64,000 nt of DNA. Source: Eledone cirrhosa. Its lineage: Eukaryota. Every line of letters starts with the position of its first letter. The first letter of the stretch is position 1. Both the position numbers and the translations under genes were made by a program. This document shows positions 1 through 13,219 of this stretch, in pieces. The notes below the pieces were generated by a model. It ran no database searches and was not told the origin of the DNA. It saw only the letters and a program-made list of their open reading frames with translations. The stretch lies in NCBI GenBank assembly GCA_964016885.1, contig OZ024741.1, positions 46,624,001-46,688,000 of the forward strand, written 5' to 3'.

Positions 1-3000
1 GTGTGGTGTGGTGTGGTGTGGTGTGGTGTGTGGTGTGATGTGATGTGGTGTGGTGTGATGTGTGGTGTGGTGACGTGTGTTGTGGTGTGATGTGGTGTGC
101 TGTGTGGTGTGGTGTGCTGTGTGGTGTGGTGTGATGTGGTGTGTGGTGTGGTGTGTGGTGTGGTGTGATGTGGTGTGGTGTGTGGTGTGGTGTGATGTGG
201 TGTGATGTGGTGTGCTGTGTGAAGGGGTGTGCTGTGTGGTGTGTGGTGTGTGGTGTGGTATGGTGTGGTGTGTGGTGTGGTGTGGTGTGATGTGGTGTGG
301 TGTGAGGTGATGTAGTGTGGTGTGTGGTGTGGTATGGTGTGGTATGGTGTGGTGTGTGGTGTGCTGTGGTGTAGTGTGTGGTGTGGTTTGATGTGGTTTG
401 GTGTGTGGTGTGGTAAGGTATGGTGTGTGCTGTGCTGTGCTGTGGTGTGTGGTGTGGTGTGATGTGGTGTGATGTGGTGTGCTATGTGGTGTGATGCGGT
501 GTTGTTTGTGGTATGGTGTGGTGTCTGGTGTGGTGTGATGTGTGGTGTGATGTGGTGTGGTGTGTGGTGTTGTGTGGTGTGTGGTGTGATGTGATGTGTG
601 GTGTGGTGTGGTGTGTGGTGTGTATTGTGGTGTGGTGTGGTGTGATGTGATGTGATGTGGTGTGCTGTGTGGTGTGGTGTGGTGTGGTGTATGGTGTGGT
701 GTGATGTGATGTGGTGTGTGGTGTGGTGTGGTGTGGTGTGGTGTGGTGTGGTGTGTGGTGTGGTGTGGTGTGGTGTGGTGTGGTGTGGTGTGGTGTGGTG
801 TGTGGTGTGGTGTGGTGTGGTGTGGTGTGGTGTGGTGTGGTGTGGTGTGGTGTGATGTGGTGTGGTGTGATGTGATGTGGTGTGGTGTGTGGTGTGGTGT
901 GGTGTGGTGTCGTGTGGTGTGGTGTGTGTTGTGGTGTGGTATGTGGTGTGATGTGGTTTGTGGTGTGGTGTGTGGTGCAGTGTGTGGTGTGATGTGGTGT
1001 GGTGTGGTGTGGTATGGTGTGGTGTGTGGTGAGGTGTGGTGTGGTGTGATGTGGCGTGGTGTAGTGTGTGGTGTGTTGTGGTGTGTTCTGAGGTGTGTGG
1101 TGTGGTGTGGTGTGTGGTGTGTGGTGTGTGGTGTGTGGTGTGATGTGATGTGGTGTGGTGTGTGGTGTGGTGTGTGGTGTGCCGTGTGGTGTGTGGTGTG
1201 TCGTGTGTGGTGTGTGGTGTGTGGGGTGTGGTGTGTGGTGTGCTGTGATGTGGTATGATGCGGTGTGGTGTGGTGTGTGGTTTGGTGTGGTGTGTGGTGT
1301 GGTGTGGTGTGTGGTGTGGTGTGTGGTGTGGTGTGTGGTGTTATGTTGTGGTGTGCTGTGTGGTGTGGTGTGTGGTGTGATGTGATGTGTGTGGTGTGGT
1401 GCGATGTGGTGTGATCTGGTGTGGTGTGATGTGGTGTGATGTGGTGTGGTGTGGTGTGGTGTGATGTGGTGTGTGGTGTGGTGTGGTGTGCTGTGGTGTG
1501 ATGTGGTGTGTTGTGTGTGGTGTGGTGTGATGTGGTGTGTGGTGTGTGGTGTGGTGTGGTGTGGTGTGCTGTGGTGTGCTGTGGTGTGATGTGGTGTGTG
1601 GTGTGTGGTGTGGTGTGATGTGGTGTGGTGTGGTGTGATGTGGTGTGTGGTGTGTGGTGTGGTGTGATGTGGTGTGTGGTGTGTGGTGTGGTGTGATGTG
1701 GTGTGGTGTGGTGTATGGTGTGTGGTGTGGTGTGATGTGGTGTGGTGTGGTGTGGTGTGGCGTGATGTCATGTGGTGTGGTGTTTGGTGTGATGTGGTGT
1801 GGTGTGTGGTGTGTGGTGTGGTGTGATGTGGTGTGGTGTGTGCTGTTTGGTGTGGTGTGGTGTGGTGTGGTGTGGTATGGTGTGTGGTGTGATGTGGTGT
1901 GATGTGGTGTGATGTGGTGTGGTGTGGTGTGGTGTGGTGTGTGGTGTGATGTGGCGTGATCTGGTGTGGTGTGATGTGGTGTGATGTGGTGTGGTGTGGT
2001 GTGGTGTGATGTGGTGTGGTGTGTGGTGTGATGTGGTGTAGTGTGGTGTGGTGTGGTGTGGTGTTGTGTGATGTGGTGTGGTGTGGTGTGATGTGGTGTG
2101 ATCTGGTGAGGTGTGATGTGGTGTGATGTGGTGTGTGGTGTTTGGTGTGATGTGGTGTGGTGTGGTGTGGTGTTGTGTGATGTGGTGTGATGTGGTGTGA
2201 TGTGGTGTGGTGTGGTGTGATGTGGTGTGTGGTGTTTGGTGTGATGTGGTGTGGTGTGGTGTGGTGTTGTGTGATGTGGTGTGGTGTGGTGTGATGTGGT
2301 GTGATCTGGTGTGGTGTGATGTGGTGTGATGTGGTGTGGTGTGTGGTGTGTATTGTGGTGTGGTGTGGTGTGATGTGATGTGATGTGGTGTGCTGTGTGG
2401 TGTGGTGTGGTGTGGTGTGGTGTATGGTGTGGTGTGATGTGATGTGGTGTGGTGTGTGGTGTGGTGTGGTGTGGTGTGGTGTGGTGTGTGTTGTGGTGTG
2501 GTATGTGGTGTGATGTGGTTTGTGGTGTGGTGTGTGGTGCAGTGTGTGGTGTGATGTGGTGTGGTGTGGTGTGGTATGGTGTGGTGTGTGGTGAGGTGTG
2601 GTGTGGTGTGATGTGGCGTGGTGTAGTGTGTGGTGTGTTGTGGTGTGTTCTGAGGTGTGTGGTGTGGTGTGGTGTGTGGTGTGTGGTGTGTGGTGTGTGG
2701 TGTGATGTGATGTGGTGTGGTGTGTGGTGTGGTGTGTGGTGTGCCGTGTGGTGTGTGGTGTGTGGTGTGTGGTGTGTGGTGTGTGGGGTGTGGTGTGTGG
2801 TGTGGTGTGATGTGGTATGATGCGGTGTGGTGTGGTGTGTGGTATGGTGTGGTGTGTGGTGTGGTGTGGTGTGTGGTGTGGTGTGTGGTGTGGTGTGTGG
2901 TGTTATGTTGTGGTGTGGTGTGTGGTGTGGTGTGTGGTGTGATGTGATGTGTGTCGTGTGGTGCGATGTGGTGTGATCTGGTGTGGTGTGATGTGGTGTG

Positions 3001-6000
3001 GTGTGGTGTGGTGTGATGTGGTGTGTGGTGTGGTGTGGTGTGCTGTGGTGTGATGTGGTGTGTTGTGTGTGGTGTGGTGTGATGTGGTGTGTGGTGTGTG
3101 GTGTGGTGTGGTGTGGTGTGCTGTGGTGTGCTGTGGTGTGATGTGGTGTGTGGTGTGTGGTGTGGTGTGATGTGGTGTGGTGTGGTGTGATGTGGTGTGT
3201 GGTGTGTGGTGTGGTGTGATGTGGTGTGTGGTGTGTGGTGTGGTGTGATGTGGTGTGGTGTGGTGTATGGTGTGTGGTGTGGTGTGATGTGGTGTGGTGT
3301 GGTGTGGTGTGGCGTGATGTCATGTGGTGTGGTGTTTGGTGTGATGTGGTGTGGTGTGTGGTGTGTGGTGTGGTGTGATGTGCTGTTTGGTGTGGTGTGG
3401 TGTGGTGTGGTGTGGTATGGTGTATGGTGTGATGTGGTGTGATGTGGTGTGGTGTGATGTGGTGTGGTGTGGTGTGGTGTGGTGTGTTGTGGTGTGGTGT
3501 GATGTGGCGTGATCTGGTGTGGTGTGATGTGGTGTGATGTGGTGTGGTGTGGTGTGGTGTGATGTGGTGTAGTGTGGTGTGGTGTGGTGTGGTGTTGTGT
3601 GATGTGGTGTGGTGTGGTGTGATGTGGTGTGATCTGGTGTGGTGTGATGTGGTGTGATCTGGTGTGGTGTGGTGTGTGGTGTGATGTGGTGTAGTGTGGT
3701 GTGGTGTGGTGTGGTGTTGTGTGATGTGGTGTGGTGTGGTGTGATGTGGTGTGATCTGGTGTGGTGTGATGTGGTGTGATCTGGTGTGGTGTGGTGTGTG
3801 GTGTGATGTGGTGTAGTGTGGTGTGGTGTGGTGTGGTGTTGTGTGATGTGGTGTGGTGTGGTGTGATGTGGTGTGATCTGGTGTGGTGTGATGTGGTGTG
3901 ATCTGGTGTGGTGTGGTGTGTGGTGTTTGGTGTAGTGTGATGTGGTGTGATGTGGTGTAGTGAATGCTGGTGGGTGTGGTGTGTGGTGTGGTGTGTGGTG
4001 TGTGGTGTGATGTGGTGTGGTGTGTGGTGTGTGGTGTGTGGTGGGGTGTGGTGTGGTGTGGTGTGATGTGGTGTGTGGTGGGTGGTGTGGTGTGATGTGG
4101 TGTGATGTGGTGTGGTGTGGTGTGGTGTAGTGTGTCGTGTGGTGTGGTGTGTGGTGTGTGGTGTGTGGTATGGTGTGGTGTCTGGTGTGTGGTGTGGTGT
4201 GATGTGGTGTGATGTGGTGTGGTGTGTGGTGTGGGGTGGTGTGTGGTGTGGGGTGGTGTGATGTGGTGTGGTTTGGTGTGTGTATGTGGTGTGATGTGGT
4301 GTGTGGTGTGCTGTGGTGTGGTGTGTGGTGTGGTGTGGTGTGGTGTGATGTGGTGTGATGTGGTGTGGTGTGGTGTGCTGTGTGGTGTGGTGTGCTGTGT
4401 GGTGTGGTCTGGTGTGGTGTGTGGTGTGCTGTGGTGTTGTTTGTGGTATGGTGTGGTGTCTGGTGTGGTGTGGTGGTGTGTGGTGTGTGGTGTGGTGTGG
4501 TGTGGTGTGGTGTGGTGTGGTGTGGTGTGGTGTGGTGTGGTGTGGTGTGGTGTGGTGTGGTGTGGTGTGGTGTGGTGTGGTGTGGTGTGTGGTGTGATGT
4601 GATGTGGTGTGATGTGTGGTGTGATGTGATGTGGTGTGGTGTGATGTGTGGTGTGGTGACGTGTGTTGTGGTGTGATGTGGTGTGCTGTGTGGTGTGGTG
4701 TGCTGTGTGGTGTGGTGTGATGTGGTGTGTGGTGTGCTGTTGTGTGGTGTGTGGTGTGGTGTGATGTGGTGTGATGTGGTGTGCTGTGTGAAGGGGTGTG
4801 CTGTGTGGTGTGGTTTGGTGTGTGGTGTGTGGTGTGGTATGGTGTGGTGTGTGGTGTGGTGTGGTGCGATGTGGTGTGGTGTGAGGTGATGTAGTGTGGT
4901 GTGTGGTGTGGTATGGTGTGGTATGGTGTGGTGTCTGGTGTGCTGTGGTGTAGTGTGTGGTGTGGTTTGATGTGGTTTGGTGTGTGGTGTGGTAAGGTAT
5001 GGTGTGTGCTGTGCTGTGCTGTGGTGTCTGGTGTGGTGTGATGTGTGGTGTGATGTGGTGTGGTGTGTGGTGTTGTGTGGTGTGTGGTGTGATGTGATGT
5101 GTGGTGTGGTGTGGTGTGTGGTGTGTATTGTGGTGTGGTGTGGTGTGATGTGATGTGGTGTGGTGTGCTGTGTGGTGTGGTGTGGTGTGGTGTGTGGTGT
5201 GGTGTGGTGTGGTGTGGTGTGGTGTGGTGTGTGGTGTGGTGTGGTGTGGTGTGGTGTGTGGTGTGGTGTGGTGTGGTGTGGTGTGGTGTGGTGTGATGTG
5301 GTGTGGTGTGTGGTGTGTGGTGTGGTGTGGTGTGGTGTGATGTGGTGTGGTGTGTGGTGTGATGTGGTGTAGTGTGGTGTGGTGTGGTGTGGTGTGGTGT
5401 GATGTGGTGTGGTGTGTGTTGTGGTGTGGTATGTGGTGTGATGTGGTTTGTGGTGTGGTGTGTGGTGCAGTGTGTGGTGTGATGTGGTGTGGTGTGATGT
5501 GGTGTGGTGTGTGGTGTGATGTGGTGTAGTGTGGTGTGGTGTGGTGTGGTGTGATGTGGTGTGGTGTGGTGTGATGTGGTGTAGTGTGGTGTGGTGTGGT
5601 GTGGTGTTGTGTGATGTGGTGTGGTGTGGTGTGATGTGGTGTGATCTGGTGTGGTGTGATGTGGTGTGATGTGGTGTGGTGTGGTGTGATGTGGTGTGGT
5701 GTGTGGTGTGATGTGGTGTAGTGTGGTGTGGTGTGGTGTGATGTGGTGTGGTGTGATGTGGTGTGGTGTGGTGTGATGTGGTGTAGTGTGGTGTGGTGTG
5801 GTGTGGTGTGGTGTGATGTGGTGTGGTGTCTGGTGTGGTGTGGTGTGGTGTGGTGTGTGCTGTTTGGTGTGGTGTGGTGTGGTGTGATGTGGTGTGGTGT
5901 GGTGTTGTGTGGTGTGGTGTGGTGTGGTGTGATGTGGTGTGGTGTGGTGTGATGTGGTGTAGTGTGGTGTGGTGTGGTGTGGTGTGATGTGGTGTGGTGT

Positions 6001-9000
6001 GGTGTGATGTGGTGTAGTGTGGTGTGGTGTGGTGTGATGTGGTGTGGTGTGGTGTGGTGTGGTGTGGTGTGGTGTGTGGTGTGATGTGGTGTAGTGTGGT
6101 GTGGTGTGGTGTGGTGTGGTGTTGTGTGATGTGGTGTGGTGTGGTGTGATGTGGTGTTGTGTGATGTGGTGTGGTGTGGTGTGATGTGGTGTGATCTGGT
6201 GTGGTGTGATGTGGTGTGTGGTGTTTGGTGTGGTGTGGTGTGATGTGTGGTGTGGTGTGATGTGGTGTGATGTGTGGTGTGGTTTGGTGTGTGGTGTGTG
6301 GTGTGGTATGGTGTGGTGTGTGGTGTGGTGTGGTGTGATGTGGTGTGGTGTGATGTGATGTAGTGTGGTGTGTGGTATGGTATGGTGTGGTATGGTGTGG
6401 TGTGTGGTGTGCTGTGGTGTAGTGTGTGGTGTGGTTTGATGTGGTTTGGTGTGTGGTGTGGTAAGGTATGGTGTGTGCTGTGCTGTGCTGTGGTGTGTGG
6501 TGTGGTGTGATGTGGTGTGATGTGGTGTGCTATGTGGTGTGATGTGGTGTTGTTTGTGGTATGGTGTGGTGTCTGGTGTGGTGTGATGTGTGGTGTGATG
6601 TGGTGTGTGGTGTGTATTGTGGTGTGGTGTGGTGTGATGTGATGTGATGTGGTGTGCTGTGTGGTGTGGTGTGGTGTGGTGTGGTGTGGTGTATGGTGTG
6701 GTGTGATGTGATGTGGTGTGGTGTGTGGTGTGGTGTGGTGTGGTGTGGTGTGTGTTGTGGTGTGGTATGTGGTGTGATGTGGTTTGTGGTGTGGTGTGTG
6801 GTGCAGTGTGTGGTGTGATGTGGTGTGGTGTGGTGTGGTGTGGTGTGGTGTGTGTTGTGAGGTGTGGTGTGGTGTGATGTGGCGTGGTGTAGTGTGTGGT
6901 GTGTTGTGGTGTGTTCTGAGGTGTGTGGTGTGGTGTGGTGTGTGGTGTGTGGTGTGTGGTGTGTGGTGTGATGTGATGTGGTGTGGTGTGTGGTGTGCCG
7001 TGTGGTGTGTGGTGTGTGGTGTGTGGTGTGTGGGGTGTGGTGTGTGGTGTGGTGTGATGTGGTATGATGCGGTGTGGTGTGGTGTGTGGTATGGTGTGGT
7101 GTGTGGTGTGGTGTGGTGTGTGGTGTGGTGTGTGGTGTGGTGTGTGGTGTTATGTTGTGGTGTGGTGTGTGGTGTGGTGTGTGGTGTGATGTGATGTGTG
7201 GTGTGTGGTGTGATGTGGTGTGGTGTGTGGTGTGGTGTGTGGTGTGGTGTGGTGTGATGTGATGTGGTGTGGTGTGTGGTGCGGTGTGTGGTGTGGTGTG
7301 TTGTGTGATGTGGTGTGTGATGTGGTGTGGTGTGTGGTGTGATGTGGTGTGTGGTGTGTGGTGTGGTGTGTGGTGTGGTGTGGTGTGTGGTGTGGTGTGG
7401 TGTGTGGTGTGATGTGATGTGTGGTGTGGTGTGGTGTGATGTGGTGTGGTGTGTTGTGTGGCGTGTGGTGTGGTGTGGTGTGGTGTGTGGTGTGGTGTGA
7501 TGTGGTGTGGTGTGTGGGGTGGTGTGGTGTGTGTTGTGGTGTGGTATGTGGTGTGATGTGGTGTGGTGTGGTGTTTGGTGTGGTTTGGTGTGATGTGGCG
7601 TGGTGTAGTGTGTGGTGTGATGTGATGTGTGGTGTGGTGTGGTGTGATGTGGTGTGGTGTGTTGTGTGGTGTGTGGTGTGGTGTGTGGTGTGGTGTAATG
7701 TGGTTTGGTGTGGTGTGATGTGGTGTGATGTGGTGTGGTGTCGTGTGATCTGGTGTGACCTGGTGTGGTGTGATGTGGTGCGATGTGGTGTGTGGTGTTT
7801 GGTGTGGTGTGATGTGGTGTGATGTGTGATGTGGTGTATGCTGGGGGTGTGGTGTGGTGTGGTGTGTGGTGTTGTGTGTGGTGTGTGGTGTGATGTGGTG
7901 TGGTTTTTGGTGTGTGGTGTGGTGTGGTGCGGTGTGGTGTGCTGTGGTGTGGTGTGCTGTCGTGTGATGTGGTGTGTGGTGTGTGGTGTGGTGTGATGTG
8001 GTGTGATGTGTGGTGTGGTGTGGTGTGGTGTGGTGTGGTGTGGTGTGGTGTGGTGTGTGGTGTGGTGTGGTGTGGTGTGGTGTGGTGTGGTGTGGCGTCT
8101 GGTGTGTGGTGTGGTGTGATGTGGTGTGATGTTGTGTCGTGTGTGGTGTGGTGTGGTGTAGTGTGTCGTGTGGTGTGGTGTGTGCTGTGTGGTATGGTGT
8201 GGTGTCTGGTATGTGGTGTGGTGTGATGTGGTGTGATGTGGTGTGGTGTGTGGTGTGGGGTGATGTGTGTGTGGTGTGGTGTGATGTGATGTGGTGTGGT
8301 GTGTGGTGTGGTGTGTGGTGTGCCGTGTGGTGTGTGGTGTGTGGGGTGTGGGGTGTGGTGTGGTGTGATGTGGTATGATGCGGTGTGGTGTGGTGTGTGG
8401 TGTGGTGTGGTGTGTGGTGTGGTGTGGTGTGTAATGTGGTGTGTGGTGTGGTGTGTGGTGTTATGTTGTGGTGTGGTGTGTGGTGTGTGGTGTGATGTGA
8501 TGTGTGGTGTGTGGTGTGATGTGGTGTGGTGTGTGGTGTGGTGTGTGGCGTGGTGTGGTGTGATGTGATGTGGTGTGGTGTGTGGTGCGGTGTGTGGTGT
8601 GGTGTGTTGTGTGATGTGGTGTGTGATGTGGTGTGGTGTGTGGTGTGATGTGGTGTGTGGTGTGTAGTGTGGTGTGATGTGTGGTGTGGTGTGGTGTGAT
8701 GTGGTGTGGTGTGTTGTGGTGTGGTGTGGTGTAATGTGGTATGGTGTGTTGTGTGGTGTGTGGTGTGGTTTGGTGTGTGGTGTGGTGTGGTGTGTGGTGT
8801 GATGTGATGTGTGGTGTGGTGTGGTGTGATGTGGTGTGGTGTGGTGTGGTGTGTTGTGTGGTGTGTGGTGTGGTGTGGTGTGTGTTGTGATGTGGTGTGT
8901 AGTGTGGTGTGGTGTGTGGTGTGGTGTGGTGTGGTGTGGTGTGGTGTGGTGTGGTGTGGTGTGGTGTGGTGTGGTGTGGTGTGGTGTGGTGTGATGTGTG

Positions 9001-10630
9001 GTGTGATGTGTGGTGTGGTGTGGTGTGTGGTGTGGTGTGGTGTGATGTGGCGTGGTGTAGTGTGTGGTGTGATGTCATGTGTGCTGGGGTGTGTTGTGTG
9101 GTGTGGTGTGTGGTGTGTTGTGTGTGGTGTGTGGTGTGTGGTGTGTGGTGTGATGTGATGTGGTGTGGTGTGGTGTGTAGTGTGCCGTGTGGTGTGTGGT
9201 GTGTGTGGTGTGTGGTGTGGTGTGATGTGGTATGATGCGGTGTGCTGTGGTGTGTGGTATGGTGTGGTGTGTGGTGTGGTGTGTGGTGTGGTGTGTGGTG
9301 TTACGTTGTGGTGTGGTGTGGTGTGTGGTGTGATGTGATGTGTGGTGTGTGGTGTGGTGTGGTGTGGTGTGTGGTGTGTGGTGTGGTGTGGTGTGGTGTG
9401 GTGTGTGGTGTGGTTTGGTGTGTGGTGTGGTGTGGTGTGGTGTGGTGTGGTGTAATGTGGTGTGGTGTGTTGTGTGGTGTGTGGTGTGGTGTGTGGTGTG
9501 ATGTGATGTGTGGTGTGGTGTGGTGTGATGTGGTGTGGTGTGGTGTGTTGTGTGGTGTGTTGTGGTGTGTGGTGTGTTGTGATGTGGTGTGTAGTGTGGT
9601 GTGGTGTGTGGTGTAGTGTGTGGTGTGGTGTGTGGTGTGTTGTGATGTGGTGTGTAGTGTGGTGTGGTGTGGTGTGGTGTGGTGTGGTGTGGTGTGGTGT
9701 GTGGTGTGGTGTGGTGTGATGTGATGTGTGGTGTGGTGTGGTGTGGTGTGGTGTGTGGTGTGGTGTGATGTGTAGTGTGGTGTGGTCTGTGGTGTGGTGT
9801 GTGGTGTGGTGTGGTGAGGTGTGGTGTTGTGTGGTGTGGTGTAGTGTGGTGTGATGTGATGTGTGGTGTGGTGTGGTGTGGTGTGGTGTGGTGTGGTGTG
9901 GTGTGGTGTGGTGTGGTGTGGTGTGGTGTGGTGTGGTTTGTGGTGTGATGTGGTGTGTGGTGTGATGTGATGTGTGGTGTGGTGTGGTGGTGTGGTGTGG
10001 TGTGGTGTGGTGTGTGGTGTGTGGTGCGGTGTGTGGTGTGGTGTGGTGTGGTGTGGTGTGGTGTGGTGTGGTGTGGTGTGGTGTGGTGTGTTGTGTGGTA
10101 TGTGGTGTGGTGTGGTGTGGTGTGGTGTGGTGTGGTGTGGTTTGATGTGGTGTTGTGTGGTGTGGTTTGTGGTGTGATGTGGTGTGTGGTGTGATGTGGT
10201 GTGGTGTGTGATGTGGTGTGTGATGTGGTGTGTGGTATGGTGTATGGTGTGATGTGGTGTGGTGTGGTGTGGTGTGGTGTGGTGTGTGGTGTGGTGTGTG
10301 GTGTGGTGTGTGGTGTGAGGTGGTGTGGTGTGTGATGTGGTGTGGTGTGGTGTGATGTGGTGTGGTGTGTGGTGTGGTGTGGTGTGTGATGTGGTGTGTG
10401 ATGTGGTGTGTGGTGTGGTGTGTGGTGTGATGTGGTGTGTGGTGTGGTGTGATGTGATGTGTGGTGTGGTGTAGTGTGGTGTGGTGTGTGGTGTGATGTA
10501 GTGTGTGGTGTGATGTGGTGTGTGGTGTGGTGTGATGTGATGTGGTGTGGTGTGGTGTGGTTTTTGGTGTGATGTGGTGTGTGGTGTGATGTGATGTGTG
10601 GTGTGGTGTGGTGTGATGTGGTGTGGTGTG
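1..10630. repeat. Degenerate GT-rich pentamer satellite (TGTGG/TGTGA, with TG slips) with higher-order internal duplications
   Basis: Continuous gtgtg/gtgat units. Rare marker motifs recur: ttctgagg at ~1086, ~2648, ~6914; ggtaaggtatgg at ~412, ~4991, ~6460; gaaggggtg at 221 and 4790. The His/Thr/Pro and Val/Trp/Cys/Gly ORFs are repeat translations. Confidence 0.97.
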
Positions 10631-11670
10631 TTACATGGAATTTGTCGTGTATATGTGGGTGTGCGTATGTGTATGTTTGTATGTGCGCATGTGTGTGAAT
10701 ATAGGTGGGTGGGGATGTGCGAATGTATGCGTGTGTGTGTGCAATTGTGTGTGTGCAATTGTGTGTGTACGTGTATGCGAATGTGTGTAGGTGTATGTGT
10801 GTGGCTGTACTCATTTATGTGTGTGTGAATGTATGTGTGTACGTTTATGTGTGCGAATGCTTGTGGGTGGGTGGGTGTGTGTGCGATTGTATGTGGGTGT
10901 ATGTATGTGCGTGTGTGTATTCATGTGTGTGTCTGCGTGCGTATGTGTGAGTGTGCATTTGCGCGTGTGCGAATTCATGCGGGTGGGGCTGGGAATGTAT
11001 GTGGGTATATATGTGTGTGAGCATTTGTGTGTGTGTATGTGCATTTGTATTTTTGCGTATGTGCGATTTATGATGTGTGTGCATGTGTGTGAATGTATGT
11101 GTGTGTATGTGGGTGTATTTGTGTGTGTACATGTGTGGGCAGGTGTGCCTGTGTGCGAATGTATGTGTGTATACGTGTGTGGGAATGTATGTGGGTGTAT
11201 GTGTGTGTGTATTCATTTGTGTGTGTGTGCGTGTCCGTATGTGTGAATGCATGTCGGTGTGTGTGTATGTGTGTGTATTTGTGTGTGTCTCTATGTGTGT
11301 ACGTGTGTATGTATTCATTTGTGTGAGTGCGTATGTGTGTGTGTCCGTGTGTGTGAATGCATGTGGGTGGGTGTATGTGTGTGTATGTGTGTGTGTATGT
11401 GTGCATGTGTGTATGTATTCATTTGTGTGATTGCATATGTATGTGTATGTGTGTGTGAGTCCGTGTGCGTGAATGCAGGTGGCTGTGTGTATTTGTGTGT
11501 GTGTATATGTGTGTATTTGTGTGAGTGCGTATGTGTGTGTGTCCGTGTGTGTGAATGCATGTGGTTGGGTGTATGTGTGTGTGTGTATGTGTGTGTGTGT
11601 GTGTATGTGTGTGTATGTGTGTGTGTGTGTGTATGTGTGTGTGTGTGTGTATGTATGTGTGTATGAGTGT
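10631..11670. repeat. Degenerate (TG)n/(TGTA)n microsatellite bordering the satellite
   Basis: tgtgtgtatg-type low complexity with recurring gtgtgtgaatgcatgt units. Confidence 0.9.
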
Positions 11671-12214
11671 GTTTACCTGTATATAAAAGTTCTAGTGGAC
11701 AGTTACATTTCTGACTGAATAATTTTATCTAAAATAATTCCATGGAACTGTTTGGTTTTTGTTTTTATTTATTTTTGTTGTTGTTGTTGTTGTTGTTATT
11801 GTTGTTTGCTTGTTTGTTTTTTCTTCTTTTCTTCTTTTCTTTTTTTCTTTTTTCTTTTCTTTTTCTTTTTCTTTTCTTTACTCTTCCTTTTTTGTCTTTT
11901 TTCTCCTCAATGTCTCCCAAGGAACTAGAATGGTTGTCAACGAGATTCTATTGCACTTGTGTTATCACTGCCACCATGTGTACTGCAGTATCAAAGGAAT
12001 TTCTTGAGTCGAAATGAGACAAATTAATGTTGCTTTCCTTAGTTTAGTCTCTTCAACAGATTCTGTAAACCATGGATTGCTTCCAAATTCTTTCAATTTC
12101 TTTTTTTTTAATTTATTTCACCCTTCCATGATCGATAAAATAAAATATCAATCAGCTTCTGGGGTGAGGTAGACTTATATTCCTATAAGCTAGCTGAGAA
12201 TAGCAATATAATGG

Positions 12215-13219
12215 TTTCTGGATTAAGCAGAAAGCCTGGGAAAGGGAAAGTCGATTAAATCAACCCCAGTGCGTTACTGGTACTTTATTCTATCGACCCC
12301 GTAAGGATGAAAGGTGAGGCGAACCTCGGCGAGATTTAAACTCAGAAGGTAAAGGGACGTAACTCTATGCCGTAAGGTATGTTGTTCGACGCTCTACCGA
12401 TACTGCCAATCCATCGTTGGCCTGGAAAATGAAAACAAATAGAGAAAAATTTGGCATGTTTTTGGTATGTTCTGAGTTCAAATCCCGCCTTTCATATTTA
12501 CGGGGTCGATAAAATAAAGCACTAGTAACGATTTAATCGACTTCCTCCTCTCCCACTCTAACAAATTGTTGGTATTGTGCTTAAATCAGAAACCATTATT
12601 CTGGATTAAAGGCGATGGTTTGGCAATATTGGTAGAGCGTCGGATAAATTCCATTGCAGTAATTAGTTGCTATTGGTTACGTTCTGAGTTCAAATCTTGC
12701 TGAGGTCAACTTTGCCTTTCATCCTTTCGGGGTCGATAAAATAAAGTACCAGTAATGCACTGGGTAATTGCTGGCCTTGTGCCTAACGTAGAAACAATTA
12801 TTTCAACTATAAGGACAGTGGATTGGCAGTATTGGTAAAGCGTCGGACAACATGCTTAGCGGCATGTAGTTGTGACTCTTTACGTTCTGATTTCAAATCC
12901 CGCCGAGGTTAACTTTGCCTTTCATCCTTACGGGGGCGGTAAAATGAAGTACCAGTAAAGCACTGGGGTCGATTTAACCGACTTTCGCCTCCTCCAAAAT
13001 GATTGGTCTTGTGCCTAACTCAGAAACTATTATTGTTCTTTTGCAGCATATAGCTACGTCCCTTTATGTTCTGAGTTCAAATCCCGCCGAGTTTAGCTTT
13101 GCTTTTTCATATTTACGGGGTCAATAAAATAAAGCACTAGTAACGCACTGGGGTCGATTTAATCGATTTTCCTCTCCCCAAAAATGGTTAGCCTTGTGCC
13201 TAAATCAGAAACCATTATT
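12215..13219. mobile_element. Cluster of five copies of tRNA-derived SINE family A (one minus ~12215-12411; four plus ~12466-12600, 12615-12800, 12819-13034, 13050-13219)
   Basis: Shared tggcagtat(c/t)ggtagagcgtcggac (A-box-like), gagttcaaatccc (B-box), tttcatcctt-cggggtcgataaaataaagtaccagt body and ggccttgtgcctaa..agaaac.attatt 3' end. Confidence 0.88.

Noticed and set aside
1-10630. Telomeric array (TG1-3-like)
   Set aside because: No TTAGGG-type units. The G-rich strand runs toward the unique sequence rather than toward the window start. No evidence of a chromosome end.
482-10814. Long His/Thr/Pro-rich ORFs (429-660 aa) as histidine-rich protein genes
   Set aside because: They are direct translations of the pentamer satellite, open in several frames because the CA-rich strand rarely forms stops; no unique sequence or gene structure.
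12215-13219. CRISPR-like repeat array or tRNA gene cluster
   Set aside because: Units are 150-220-bp diverged SINE copies in mixed orientation, without complete cloverleaves; eukaryotic context.
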